Shown: in pieces, positions 20,556 to 29,873 of the stretch
Layout of the letters: every line of letters starts with the position of its first letter
Numbering within the stretch: the stretch's first letter is position 1
From: a virus
Direction: 5' to 3' (one strand)
IMG/VR virus record: IMGVR_UViG_3300030419_002087
Location: 54,935-118,934 of that record
Length of the DNA stretch: 64,000 nucleotides
The notes under the pieces: model-generated
Databases searched by the model: none
Seen by the model: only the letters and a program-made list of their open reading frames with translations
Told to the model about the DNA's origin: nothing
Program-made: the position numbers and the translations under genes

Positions 20556-20801
20556 ATGCAAAAAATTGTAAATGTACTTGCTGTTGCGTCTTTCGCTGTA
20601 TCTGGTGCCGTTGTCGCTAGTGGGCTATACGTATTTGTCAATCGTGCATCCATCATTGATGGAATTAAATCTCAAGCTTTGGAGGCAGTTGCAGGTTCTT
20701 TGGGAAGCCTTGTAGACGATTCAATGCCTGAGTTGCCATCCACAACTGGTGGGGTTGCTCCATTGCCTTCTCCTGCTGCTCCGACGACTCCAAGTTTATG
20801 A
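20556..20801 (+). CDS. Small membrane-anchored, Pro-rich-tail protein
   Basis: N-terminal TM segment, Pro-rich C-terminus. Confidence 0.7.
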   Translation: MQKIVNVLAVASFAVSGAVVASGLYVFVNRASIIDGIKSQALEAVAGSLGSLVDDSMPELPSTTGGVAPLPSPAAPTTPSL

Positions 20802-20962
20802 GTGTAATTATCTATCAAGAACACATAAAGGAACTTGAAAGAGAATTAATTCAAGCGAAAGAAGAGATTGTTTTTTTAAAAGAACAATTGGAAGTAAAGA
20901 CTTATGGTTTACCTGAGATAACTATGTTATCCCAAGTTTACCGTAAGGAAACTTCTGGTTGA
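20798..20962 (+). CDS. Small hypothetical protein (54 aa, not in ORF track)
   Basis: MSVIIYQEHIKELERELIQAKEEIVFLKEQLE...; ATGA overlap with upstream stop; coiled-coil-like. Confidence 0.55.
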   Translation: MSVIIYQEHIKELERELIQAKEEIVFLKEQLEVKTYGLPEITMLSQVYRKETSG

Positions 20963-20988
20963 TAAATAGAATCGCTTCATTTTGAAAT

Positions 20989-21792
20989 GTGGAAATACCT
21001 AATATTAATGATATTAATGTTAGATCGACTAATATTAATGTAAGATCCATTAATGTATCGGAGATACGTAATCCGAATATTAGACAGTTATGGCTTAGGC
21101 CTATTTTCGACGTATATACTCCGAGAGTCTTTGTTCCTATTGCACCAATCACTGCTACTCTACGCAGACCTGTAGTAGATTATCCAGGCTGCGTAGAACA
21201 TGCTGTAGCAATAGAAGATGATAAAAAGTTAATAAAGTGTGATGGTGAAGTTCCGCATTATAATGCGATGGACTATACACCAGAAAATTTAATTGTTACA
21301 AGAGAGGTTCCACCACCATCAGTTGATCCTCCAACACCTCCAGAAACCCCAGAAGTAGAACCACCTAATATTCCTAAGACAGATGCCGAGGTTCCATGTC
21401 CTGGCCCCAATCAACCAAGAATAGGAGATGTAGCTCAAAATCAAAAAGAAAAGGTGTCTGGATACGAGTTACAACCCGATCCAAACAACCAAGGAAAACA
21501 AATTTGTGTGATATTATATGAAGATATAGGAATAGTAGAACAATTTTTGCCTTCTAGTCAAGTAGTTTCAACTACGGCTGTTATTGCGACGGTTGCAACA
21601 ACTTCGGCACTTCTTGCAAAACCTCTTGCCGATTTACTTCTAAAGGTGGTAAAACCTGCTGTGAAGAAGTTGATGACGAAGTTGAAGAGTCTTGCTGGGA
21701 AAACAGGTTCGATTGAATCGAAAGGGGAGCGCCTAGTGGCCCAGCGTGAGAGGAATCGGACGATTCTTGCCCTGAGAAGGTCTCTGAAGTAA
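20989..21792 (+). CDS. Conserved hypothetical protein (Pro-rich, C-terminal TM/amphipathic)
   Basis: GTG start after ATAAATA late promoter; PGCV...CDG Cys motifs; C-terminal hydrophobic helix. Confidence 0.7.
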   Translation: MEIPNINDINVRSTNINVRSINVSEIRNPNIRQLWLRPIFDVYTPRVFVPIAPITATLRRPVVDYPGCVEHAVAIEDDKKLIKCDGEVPHYNAMDYTPENLIVTREVPPPSVDPPTPPETPEVEPPNIPKTDAEVPCPGPNQPRIGDVAQNQKEKVSGYELQPDPNNQGKQICVILYEDIGIVEQFLPSSQVVSTTAVIATVATTSALLAKPLADLLLKVVKPAVKKLMTKLKSLAGKTGSIESKGERLVAQRERNRTILALRRSLK

Positions 21793-22741
21793 TCCTTTTA
21801 TCCTTATACGTTAATGAATGTACATGAGGTTGTATAGCATTTTTGCCCATAACTACCACATCAGAACATACAACAGCATAAGGCGATTGTGGATGGAACA
21901 TAATGCCAGCTTTAATAAGTTCACCACAGTTCTTAAGTCTTGCGATCTCAAAATCTAATCTTTTATTGGCAAGTAATTGAGCACGATATTCATTATGTGT
22001 TTTTGCTGCTTCTGTACATAATTTTTGTTGTTTTTTATTCAGTGGTATACTGAGTGTAGCTGAAAATCCAGCATTAAAATTATGGTTATCTTTTTGACCA
22101 GTTCTTGTAGGTACGTAATATAAAATGTCGCCAGGGTTATCCAACACGCCATCATTGTTGGCGTCTGTCATGTCATATACGGGATCTTGATAGTAATATT
22201 CTCTTGGAATTTGATGGCTTTGGCTTTGAGTCACATATGGTGTGAAGTTAAATGTGGCTCCTTGACAACTAATACCATCACCGTATTGATTGGTTATGTA
22301 AGGCCCTTGTAAGACCTGTATGGCTTGATTGGTGACGGAGCCTGTACTGTTCGCTATCGGCGATGCTGTCGCTGATACTCCTCCAACTGTCTCTGATCGA
22401 ACAGATACAGGGGTCACGCAAGCACTTAAGGCAAGGCCTAAAGTGGCTAGTCGCTGAATACACTGGTTGTGTCGGTTACGCTTGTTATTTCTGTAGTTCT
22501 CTGAATTACTGTCTGGTTGGTAACGCCTGGCCCCATATAGCTTTCCGTAAATTGGAAACTGCCTGCGCCAGGAGTTATTGTGAAGTTCCCTCTGGTTCCC
22601 AGATCTAAACCAGAGTTTGTTGTAGTAACTGATCCACTTACTCCTCCCAATGGATCGAGGGTTACTGTGTTTATATTTGCTGAAGGGCTTAAGGTTGTTC
22701 CATCGTGCGAAACCCCTGTGCCTGTTACCGTATAGCTCCAT
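21581..22741 (-). CDS. Conserved secreted-type hypothetical protein; true start uncertain
   Basis: Signal-like LGLALSACVTPVS then SVTNQAIQ, GISCQG, RLKNCGEL. The N-terminal ~95 codons overlap the upstream gene and look non-coding in composition. Confidence 0.65.
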   Translation of the reverse strand: MELYGNRHRGFARWNNLKPFSKYKHSNPRSIGRSKWISYYNKLWFRSGNQRELHNNSWRRQFPIYGKLYGARRYQPDSNSENYRNNKRNRHNQCIQRLATLGLALSACVTPVSVRSETVGGVSATASPIANSTGSVTNQAIQVLQGPYITNQYGDGISCQGATFNFTPYVTQSQSHQIPREYYYQDPVYDMTDANNDGVLDNPGDILYYVPTRTGQKDNHNFNAGFSATLSIPLNKKQQKLCTEAAKTHNEYRAQLLANKRLDFEIARLKNCGELIKAGIMFHPQSPYAVVCSDVVVMGKNAIQPHVHSLTYKDKRITSETFSGQESSDSSHAGPLGAPLSIQSNLFSQQDSSTSSSTSSQQVLPPLEVNRQEVLQEVPKLLQPSQ

Positions 22742-22899
22742 CCTGTTGAATAATCTATTGAATTTATCGTTTCAGTCACCGTGGAGCTAGTCTCCGTGTG
22801 GCTAGTCATGCTGCCCTGAGTAAAGTTTGGCACCACAGGAACCGCACTAACAGGCGTCGCCATACTCAACAACGCAAATGTTGTTAGTAGACGTTTCAT
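22447..22899 (-). CDS. Secreted-type hypothetical protein (signal peptide, Thr/Ser-rich)
   Basis: MKRLLTTFALLSMATPVSA signal peptide, then VPVVPNFTQGSMTSHTET. Confidence 0.8.
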   Translation of the reverse strand: MKRLLTTFALLSMATPVSAVPVVPNFTQGSMTSHTETSSTVTETINSIDYSTGWSYTVTGTGVSHDGTTLSPSANINTVTLDPLGGVSGSVTTTNSGLDLGTRGNFTITPGAGSFQFTESYMGPGVTNQTVIQRTTEITSVTDTTSVFSD

Positions 22900-22903
22900 G
22901 GAC

Positions 22904-23413
22904 TTACTTAACTGTTACTTCACTAACGAACTGGCCTACGGCTGAAGTGCCGGCGCCTCCTGCTGTTAGTGTCATGGCTCCCGCTGAAGTGATTGTGCCG
23001 GCTAAATTGCCCGCTACACCGCCAGAACTTGTGGTAACGTTACCAAAAGCCGGTAATGCAGATACGACACCAGAAGAAACAGATGTTCCATCAGTATCGA
23101 CACTATCACCCATAATAAAACCCTCACTAAATGAGTAGGCTGAGCCAGCAGTGGTAATTGTGTATGTCGCATCAGTCATGGTAGCAGGTGCAGTTAAAGC
23201 ATTGTCCCCGCTTGCCGCTGTCAATCCACCGAAGGTTGATGCTGTGATATTAGATCCAGAACTTGTGTAAGTCGAGCCAATTCGCTCAGCAACTGAGCCA
23301 GCTCCATCCACCGTAATTTGAGTTGAGCTAGTTAACCGATGTATTAAATCGGCCTTAGCACTCATAGGTGCAACCAATGAGAGTAATAATACTATAGGTA
23401 AATATCTTTTCAT
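22904..23413 (-). CDS. Secreted-type hypothetical protein (signal peptide, Gly/Ser/Thr-rich)
   Basis: MKRYLPIVLLLSLVAPMSAKA signal peptide with AxA cleavage site. Confidence 0.8.
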   Translation of the reverse strand: MKRYLPIVLLLSLVAPMSAKADLIHRLTSSTQITVDGAGSVAERIGSTYTSSGSNITASTFGGLTAASGDNALTAPATMTDATYTITTAGSAYSFSEGFIMGDSVDTDGTSVSSGVVSALPAFGNVTTSSGGVAGNLAGTITSAGAMTLTAGGAGTSAVGQFVSEVTVK

Positions 23414-23471
23414 AAAGATAATGAGTTACCAATTTTATTTAGTAAAAAGTTTTGTAAAGATTATCCTACGA

Positions 23472-23479
23472 TATAAATA
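23472..23479 (+). promoter_or_regulatory. T4-type late promoter TATAAATA
   Basis: Exact consensus in the intergenic gap before the ORF at 23510. Confidence 0.65.
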
Positions 23480-23509
23480 ACCAAGTGAGCTGTATCTTGT
23501 TTTACGGAA

Positions 23510-23776
23510 ATGCTTAATGAAAAAGTAGAAAGATATATGGAAATTGGCCACACTATAGTGGTTAATCTTTTATGGAGAGGTCAATTATATAATCTTCAAA
23601 TGTTTTTTCCTGGCGCTGGTTTTCCGTCCAGACAACAAGTACAGAGACAGGTTCAAGGAATTTATCCTGGCGCTGTAGTGCAAACCGTATTTCCAGCAAC
23701 TACAGATCCTACTAAACCAACAATTCGTGTAGCTGAAGAATCCACTTATAAAACTTTTAAAGAATTTAAACAATGA
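23510..23776 (+). CDS. Hypothetical protein
   Basis: 88-aa ORF, WRG...MFFP...P.R..V...V...YPGA pattern seen in cyanophage small proteins. Confidence 0.7.
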   Translation: MLNEKVERYMEIGHTIVVNLLWRGQLYNLQMFFPGAGFPSRQQVQRQVQGIYPGAVVQTVFPATTDPTKPTIRVAEESTYKTFKEFKQ

Positions 23777-24057
23777 CTTTTTTGATAGCAATAATGTCCT
23801 TTGCCAATTTTGTATTTTATCCATTGGTAATAGGAACTCTTGTAGCCGTAGTAATAGAACAAATCTTTAGGGCAAGAGGTAATGAAGATAACCCAGAAGA
23901 TGTAAAGAAGGTTATAGTCTCTATGGGTATTAGAAAGTATCTTTATAGACAGGCCTGGTTGTTTAATATCATATGGTTTATTGGATATTTTATTCTTATG
24001 TTTACGATAGGAAGACAACAACCATCAGCAATGCCTGACATGATCTGGCAAGGTTAG
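23773..24057 (+). CDS. Small membrane protein (2 TM)
   Basis: Two hydrophobic segments; ATGA coupling to upstream ORF. Confidence 0.7.
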   Translation: MTFLIAIMSFANFVFYPLVIGTLVAVVIEQIFRARGNEDNPEDVKKVIVSMGIRKYLYRQAWLFNIIWFIGYFILMFTIGRQQPSAMPDMIWQG

Positions 24058-24129
24058 TGAGTCCACACATTAATGCGTAAAAATACTTACGTGGTATAAT
24101 AAATATTGACAGTATGGGATTGAAAGATC

Positions 24130-24345
24130 ATGCCCCTTGCTCATTATACGGTAGGTTATCACGACCTACAACAACATAAGTATGAGATCTGCGAATATGC
24201 AACAGATTCATACGAAGCAATAGAACACAGTAAAGAGGATGTGCCTTATCTACAAGCACATCCTCATTTTATTGATTACGTTAAGAACGCAGAGGTCGAT
24301 AATGTTTATCGATTAATGGCCTCAGGTATACCAATGGGACATTAA
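24130..24345 (+). CDS. Small protein resembling a picocyanobacterial conserved hypothetical family
   Basis: HYTVGYHD...YEICEYA...EDVPYL..HP motif recalled from Prochlorococcus-type proteins; own TGnTATAAT promoter at 24092-24100. Confidence 0.7.
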   Translation: MPLAHYTVGYHDLQQHKYEICEYATDSYEAIEHSKEDVPYLQAHPHFIDYVKNAEVDNVYRLMASGIPMGH

Positions 24346-24346
24346 T

Positions 24347-24448
24347 ATGACAACCTTAAGAAAGAAACAAATAAGTCTTTGGACTTATAGATTTGTTGCG
24401 TGGACAACGATTTTTAGTACTCTTACGATGATTGCCAAAATGGCGTAA
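24347..24448 (+). CDS. Possible 33-aa membrane peptide
   Basis: MTTLRKKQISLWTYRFVAWTTIFSTLTMIAKMA fills the gap after the previous stop. Confidence 0.4.
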   Translation: MTTLRKKQISLWTYRFVAWTTIFSTLTMIAKMA

Positions 24449-24505
24449 AGTCAGTGTTTGTGAAGATAGGTGCCAAGTGACCTATCGTATTGTATAATAT
24501 AGAGT

Positions 24506-24835
24506 ATGACTCCAGACAGACACGACTTTCCCATCATAGGGGATTTTTATACTAAGAAGGAAGTTGATGCTATGATTGCAGCAGCTCTTGAAGAGGCTCG
24601 TGCAATTGATGAAGCATCGATGGCAGAACATAACTTCAAGGCAACAATTATAAGCATGGTTCTAGGATTCATATGTCTAGCACTATTCGTAGATGGATTA
24701 CTTCGTATACTTGGTATCATTCCACCATTCATGGATCTTGATGTTAATATCTTGGACGATATTGCAGAGAAGACTAAAATCATCGTGGAAAATGATATGG
24801 TCAAAGCTGGTCTAAATAAAATACCAAGACTATAA
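24506..24835 (+). CDS. Conserved small membrane protein
   Basis: ATIISMVLGFICLALFVDGLLRILGIIPPFM TM segment; TGTATAAT promoter element just upstream. Confidence 0.75.
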   Translation: MTPDRHDFPIIGDFYTKKEVDAMIAAALEEARAIDEASMAEHNFKATIISMVLGFICLALFVDGLLRILGIIPPFMDLDVNILDDIAEKTKIIVENDMVKAGLNKIPRL

Positions 24836-24836
24836 C

Positions 24837-24944
24837 ATGATTGACACTTCATGGCCATCAATAAGAATGTTTCTTATTATCGTGATGGGCGTGGTGTGGT
24901 TTTATCTGTTAAACATAGAACTTAGAAGCACAGACAAGGATTAA
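24837..24944 (+). CDS. Possible 35-aa single-TM peptide
   Basis: MIDTSWPSIRMFLIIVMGVVWFYLLNIELRSTDKD; stop overlaps next ATG (TAATG). Confidence 0.5.
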   Translation: MIDTSWPSIRMFLIIVMGVVWFYLLNIELRSTDKD

Positions 24945-25213
24945 TGTACCAGCTCCAGAACATTTTATTTTTAGTATTACTCGTTTCTCTTTTAGGAACA
25001 ACCATATGGTTTATGGCCTCAATTTGGCTTAAAGAGGAAAAGAAACCAATCCGTCGTATACATCCAGAAATGTTGGAAGTGGAAGAGGGTACTAAATTAA
25101 TGGGAGTAACCTTTAAGCCTAAAGACAGTTGTAGTATATCTGAATATAAGAAACTTCAAGAAAGGATAGATAAGATACGTACTCAGTTGGAGAATGATCC
25201 AGAATTGGCATGA
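24944..25213 (+). CDS. Small membrane-anchored hypothetical protein
   Basis: N-terminal TM, IHPEM motif, translationally coupled to gp17. Confidence 0.7.
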   Translation: MYQLQNILFLVLLVSLLGTTIWFMASIWLKEEKKPIRRIHPEMLEVEEGTKLMGVTFKPKDSCSISEYKKLQERIDKIRTQLENDPELA

Positions 25214-26877
25214 CTGATAACATATACTTAGGTAATCCCAATTTAAAAAAAGCTAATACTCCTGTTGAGTTCACTAAGGAACAGATACAGGAGTTTATTA
25301 AATGTAAGGATGATCCTGTATATTTTGCGAAGAATCATATACAAATAGTTTCTCTTGATGAAGGTCTAGTACCTTTTGAACCTTACAAATTTCAAGAGAA
25401 ATTGATCAATAGGTTTCATAAGAATAGATTTAATATATGCATGATGCCACGACAGACTGGTAAATCAACAACGTCTGTATCATATCTTTTACATTATATT
25501 GTTTTTAATGATAGTGTTAATGTTGGTATTCTGGCCAACAAGGCATCTACTGCAAGAGAATTATTGGGTAGGTTGCAACTGGCATATGAAAACTTACCTA
25601 AATGGATGCAACAGGGTATAATATCATGGAACAAAGGTTCAATGGAGTTGGAAAATGGATCTAAAGTACTGGCTGCGTCTACTTCTGCTAGTGCTGTTAG
25701 GGGTATGTCTTTCAATATCCTATTCTTGGATGAATTTGCTTTTGTTCCCAACCACATCGCTGATTCTTTCTTCGCTAGTGTTTATCCTACTATTACTTCT
25801 GGTAAATCCACCAAAGTTATAATGGTTTCAACGCCACATGGTATGAATCATTTCTACCGTATGTGGCATGATGCAGAAAGAAAACAAAATGAATATGTTC
25901 CCACATCAGTTCATTGGTCAGAAGTTCCTGGCAGAGATGAAAAGTGGAGACTTCAAACTATTGCTAACACTTCAGAACAACAGTTTAAGGTTGAGTTTGA
26001 ATGTGAGTTCTTAGGATCTGTTGATACTTTAATCAATCCAGCTAAACTTAGAGCATTAGTATATGATAATCCCATTAAATCACATAATGGTTTAGATGTT
26101 TATGAAAATCCAATCAAGGAACATGATTATCTTTGTACTGTTGACGTAGCAAGAGGTGGTGGCCAAGATTATTCTGCATTTGTAGTTATTGATATTACGA
26201 CTTATCCACATAAAGTAGTTGCTAAGTATAGAAATAATGAAATAAAACCAATGTTATTTCCATCTATCATCTATGATACTATAAGAGGATATAACAGTGC
26301 ATGGGTTTTATGTGAGGTAAATGATATTGGAGATCAGATTGCAGCTATCTTAAATTATGATATGGAATATCCAAATCTACTTCAGTGTTCTATGAGAGGT
26401 AGAGCTGGACAGATAGTAGGTCAGGGATTCTCTGGTAAGAAAACTCAACTTGGAGTTAAGATGTCTAAGGCAGTAAAAGCTCTTGGATGTTCTAACCTTA
26501 AGACTATAATTGAGTCTGATAAAATTTTATTCAGGGATTATGATATTCTCTCAGAATTAACTACATTTATTCATAAACGTAATTCATTTGAAGCAGAAGA
26601 TGGATGTAATGATGATTTGGCCATGTGTCTTGTGATATATGCATGGTTAGTTCATCAGGAATATTTTAGAGAACTTACTGATCAGGATGTTCGTAAAAAA
26701 CTATATGAAGATCAAAGGGATCAAATTGAACAGGATATGGCTCCTTTTGGTTTTATATCAACAGCAACCGATGAGGAAATCATTGAAGAGAAAGATGGTA
26801 CTGTTTGGAAGAAGACGGATATTCAAGATATCGATTCTACATATGGCGATATGAGTTATATGTGGGATTATCAGTAA
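25210..26877 (+). CDS. gp17: Terminase large subunit gp17
   Basis: YLGNPNLKKAN, Walker A PRQTGKST, Walker B FLDEFAF, nuclease DVARG and NDDLAM. Confidence 0.97.
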   Translation: MTDNIYLGNPNLKKANTPVEFTKEQIQEFIKCKDDPVYFAKNHIQIVSLDEGLVPFEPYKFQEKLINRFHKNRFNICMMPRQTGKSTTSVSYLLHYIVFNDSVNVGILANKASTARELLGRLQLAYENLPKWMQQGIISWNKGSMELENGSKVLAASTSASAVRGMSFNILFLDEFAFVPNHIADSFFASVYPTITSGKSTKVIMVSTPHGMNHFYRMWHDAERKQNEYVPTSVHWSEVPGRDEKWRLQTIANTSEQQFKVEFECEFLGSVDTLINPAKLRALVYDNPIKSHNGLDVYENPIKEHDYLCTVDVARGGGQDYSAFVVIDITTYPHKVVAKYRNNEIKPMLFPSIIYDTIRGYNSAWVLCEVNDIGDQIAAILNYDMEYPNLLQCSMRGRAGQIVGQGFSGKKTQLGVKMSKAVKALGCSNLKTIIESDKILFRDYDILSELTTFIHKRNSFEAEDGCNDDLAMCLVIYAWLVHQEYFRELTDQDVRKKLYEDQRDQIEQDMAPFGFISTATDEEIIEEKDGTVWKKTDIQDIDSTYGDMSYMWDYQ

Positions 26878-27110
26878 TGGATGATATTGAAAAGCAATTT
26901 GACTTAGATCATTTATTTCTTACAGAAAGAACATGTAGAGTATGTGGAGAAAGTAAAGACTTAGTAAGTGAGTTTTATCTAACTCGTAAGGGTAGAGGTG
27001 ATATTCCTTCAGCATATTCTTATGAATGTAAGATATGTACAATTAAGAGAATAGTTAAGAATAGAAGAAACAAAAAACCCTTTACTGACTGGCTTTATCC
27101 CGACTGGTAG
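26877..27110 (+). CDS. Small zinc-finger protein (CxxC...CxxC)
   Basis: RTCRVCG...YECKIC; true start likely the ATG at 26877 overlapping the gp17 stop. Confidence 0.7.
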   Translation: MDDIEKQFDLDHLFLTERTCRVCGESKDLVSEFYLTRKGRGDIPSAYSYECKICTIKRIVKNRRNKKPFTDWLYPDW

Positions 27111-27197
27111 CTGTTCATGTGCTGTTTCCCCAGCCGAAAGTGTAATTTGGGATAAATAAATTTAGATAAAAATTGTCAATTTTTACGGGGAATTCAG

Positions 27198-29837
27198 ATG
27201 GCTGGTTTAGGCTTAGTATCTCCTGGCATTAAGGTAAAAGAAGTTGATCTTACTAGGGGTGGAATCACTGGAGTCAGTGATCAGACCGGCGCTATTGCTG
27301 GCCCTTTTCTACAAGGCCCCGTAGAAGATCCTATCCTAATCGAAAATGAGAAGGATTTACTTGATACTTTCGGAGAACCAAAGAATACAAGCTCCCAATA
27401 CGAGTATTGGATGGCTGCTTCTTCATATCTTTCATATGGAGGAGTTTTAAGAGTAGTAAGATCCGATGGATCTACTCTCAACAATGCAAACGCTGCTGTT
27501 GCTACTGGGTCTGGTAGTTCAGAAGCTGCATTAAAAATTAAGAATACGGAGGATTATTATAATTCATTCGATAGTGCAACCAGTTGGTATTGGGCCGCTA
27601 AGAACCCAGGCACTTGGGCTAATGATATTAAGGTCTGTGTTATTGATGCAAAGGCTGACCAGACTTTAACTGGTATTGATACTTCAGGTATTGTAGTTGG
27701 TGCTGCAGTTACTCAATCATTTGGTGGATCACAAGTTGGTGGTATCGGAACATCCGTTACACTAAACGGTTATCTTAAGGGTATCATTACTGGAATCGGT
27801 GCAAGTTCAGTTGATGTTAAGATCACAAATCAAGTTTCTACTGCTGGAACTGAAGCAACAGCTGAATATGGAAAAGGTGGGGCTTATTCATTCGATACAG
27901 CTTCTGCAACTACCATTGCAGGTGCAACTGCTTCTGCTGAAAACGTAATAACTGCAACTAGATCTCTTAATGGTGCTGGTGCAGGTCAAATCGGTGTTGG
28001 AAGTGCTTTATACCGTTGGGATTTACAGAGTTCAACCATAACAGTTGACCAAGCTGGTGGTGCTACTCTTGGTGCTGGTGATACTGGTGTTTATGTTTCA
28101 AGTACTAGTGGTATTAATACAATTGGTGTTGGAACTGGTAACGTCGTATTAATTGGATCAGAACTAATTGGTATTGGTGAAACCATTGGTGGTGGATTCG
28201 TTGGATTCTCTACTAGAGGTCTTGATAACACTACTGCTGCTGCACACGCAGATGGTGCTACTATCAACGTTCTAACAAACGCTGGTGCTGCAACAACAGT
28301 TAAGACTGCACAAAGTAGTGCTTCTGATACAAACTTCATTGTTAATTCAATTGGTGGTTTTGAGAATAATGATTACTTTAGACTTGGAACACCAGCTGCT
28401 GGAGAACTTTGTCAGGTAACTGGAGTAAGTACAAACTCTGCTTTAACACCTTCTACTGCTATTGATTGGTATGAGGCTCAAACATTAGGTCTTGAGAACT
28501 CAACAGTATTCTGGAAGAATATTGCACCAAAACCTGGCACATCTAACTACGCTTCAGGACGTAAGGGTAGATTTGATGAAATTAACGTAGTTGTTGTTGA
28601 TGATGATGGATCTATTACTGGAACTTCTGGCCAGATCCTAGAGAAATTTGTTGGGTTATCTAAGGCACTTGATGCAAAACAGTTTAATTCTAAGATCTAC
28701 TACAAGAACTATCTTGCAGATAATTCAGAGTATATCTATGCTGGATATGCACCATTAGGTTCACCAACTGGATTCTCTACTGGTACTACTGCATTTACTG
28801 CTTCTGCATCTGCATGGGGATTAAATGCTCAAGGAGTTACATTCTCTGGTATTGGTAAGACAACATACAATCTACAAGGTGGTAAGGATTACGGCGGTGA
28901 TTACGCTAATCCTACATACGTCGCAACTCTCGGTGATTTAATGTCTGCTTACGATAAGTTTGCAAACATAAGAGAGTATCCAATCAATTACTTAATTATG
29001 GGCCCAGGCCTATCATCTAGAGATGAAACTGTAGGTAAGGCCAATAAGTTAATATCACTTGCTGAAAATAGAAAGGACTGCATTGCAGTTATTTCTCCTG
29101 CTAAGTCAGACGTTTGTAGTGGAAATGCTCCAATAGCAAACTCTGATACACAGACAGATAATGTGATCAAGACAATGGATCAGGTTAATTCCTCTTCCTA
29201 TGCAGTTCTTGACTCAGGTTATAAGTATGCATTTGATCGTTTCAATAACAAATTCCGTTATCTTGCTTGCAACCCTGATGTTGCTGGTATGATGGCAAGA
29301 ACATCTCAGAATTCCTATCCTTGGTTCTCACCAGCTGGAGTTGCAAGAGGTGTTGTAAATAATGCTGTTAAACTTGCATACAACCCATCACAAGCACAAA
29401 GGGATCTTCTCTATACTAGAAGAATTAATCCTATAATTGCTGCTCCTGGCGCTGGAATTATCTTGTTCGGAGATAAGACTGCTCTATCATATGTTTCTGC
29501 TTTCGATAGAATCAACGTTCGTCGTTTGTTCTTGACAATAGAAACTGCAATCGAAAGAGCCGCAAGAGCACAACTCTTCGAGTTCAACGATGCTATTACA
29601 AGAGCAAACTTTGTAAATATAACCGAACCATATTTACGTGACGTTCAGGCCAAGAGAGGTGTCAGTGAATTCCTCATCGTATGTGATGAGACCAATAACA
29701 CTCCAGATGTTATTGATGCAAATGAATTCCGAGCTGATATCTTTGTCAAACCTGCTCGCTCAATCAACTTCATCGGACTAACATTCGTTGCAACTCGCAC
29801 GGGAATTAGTTTTGAAGAAGTCGTCGGTACAGTCTGA
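27198..29837 (+). CDS. gp18: Tail sheath protein gp18 (with insertion)
   Basis: LVSPGIKVKEVDLT, PWFSPAG..RG, FDRINVRRLF, KPARSINFI. Confidence 0.97.
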   Translation: MAGLGLVSPGIKVKEVDLTRGGITGVSDQTGAIAGPFLQGPVEDPILIENEKDLLDTFGEPKNTSSQYEYWMAASSYLSYGGVLRVVRSDGSTLNNANAAVATGSGSSEAALKIKNTEDYYNSFDSATSWYWAAKNPGTWANDIKVCVIDAKADQTLTGIDTSGIVVGAAVTQSFGGSQVGGIGTSVTLNGYLKGIITGIGASSVDVKITNQVSTAGTEATAEYGKGGAYSFDTASATTIAGATASAENVITATRSLNGAGAGQIGVGSALYRWDLQSSTITVDQAGGATLGAGDTGVYVSSTSGINTIGVGTGNVVLIGSELIGIGETIGGGFVGFSTRGLDNTTAAAHADGATINVLTNAGAATTVKTAQSSASDTNFIVNSIGGFENNDYFRLGTPAAGELCQVTGVSTNSALTPSTAIDWYEAQTLGLENSTVFWKNIAPKPGTSNYASGRKGRFDEINVVVVDDDGSITGTSGQILEKFVGLSKALDAKQFNSKIYYKNYLADNSEYIYAGYAPLGSPTGFSTGTTAFTASASAWGLNAQGVTFSGIGKTTYNLQGGKDYGGDYANPTYVATLGDLMSAYDKFANIREYPINYLIMGPGLSSRDETVGKANKLISLAENRKDCIAVISPAKSDVCSGNAPIANSDTQTDNVIKTMDQVNSSSYAVLDSGYKYAFDRFNNKFRYLACNPDVAGMMARTSQNSYPWFSPAGVARGVVNNAVKLAYNPSQAQRDLLYTRRINPIIAAPGAGIILFGDKTALSYVSAFDRINVRRLFLTIETAIERAARAQLFEFNDAITRANFVNITEPYLRDVQAKRGVSEFLIVCDETNNTPDVIDANEFRADIFVKPARSINFIGLTFVATRTGISFEEVVGTV

Positions 29838-29873
29838 TTCGTCTTAACACTTAACAGGAGAGAGTAAAGAACA

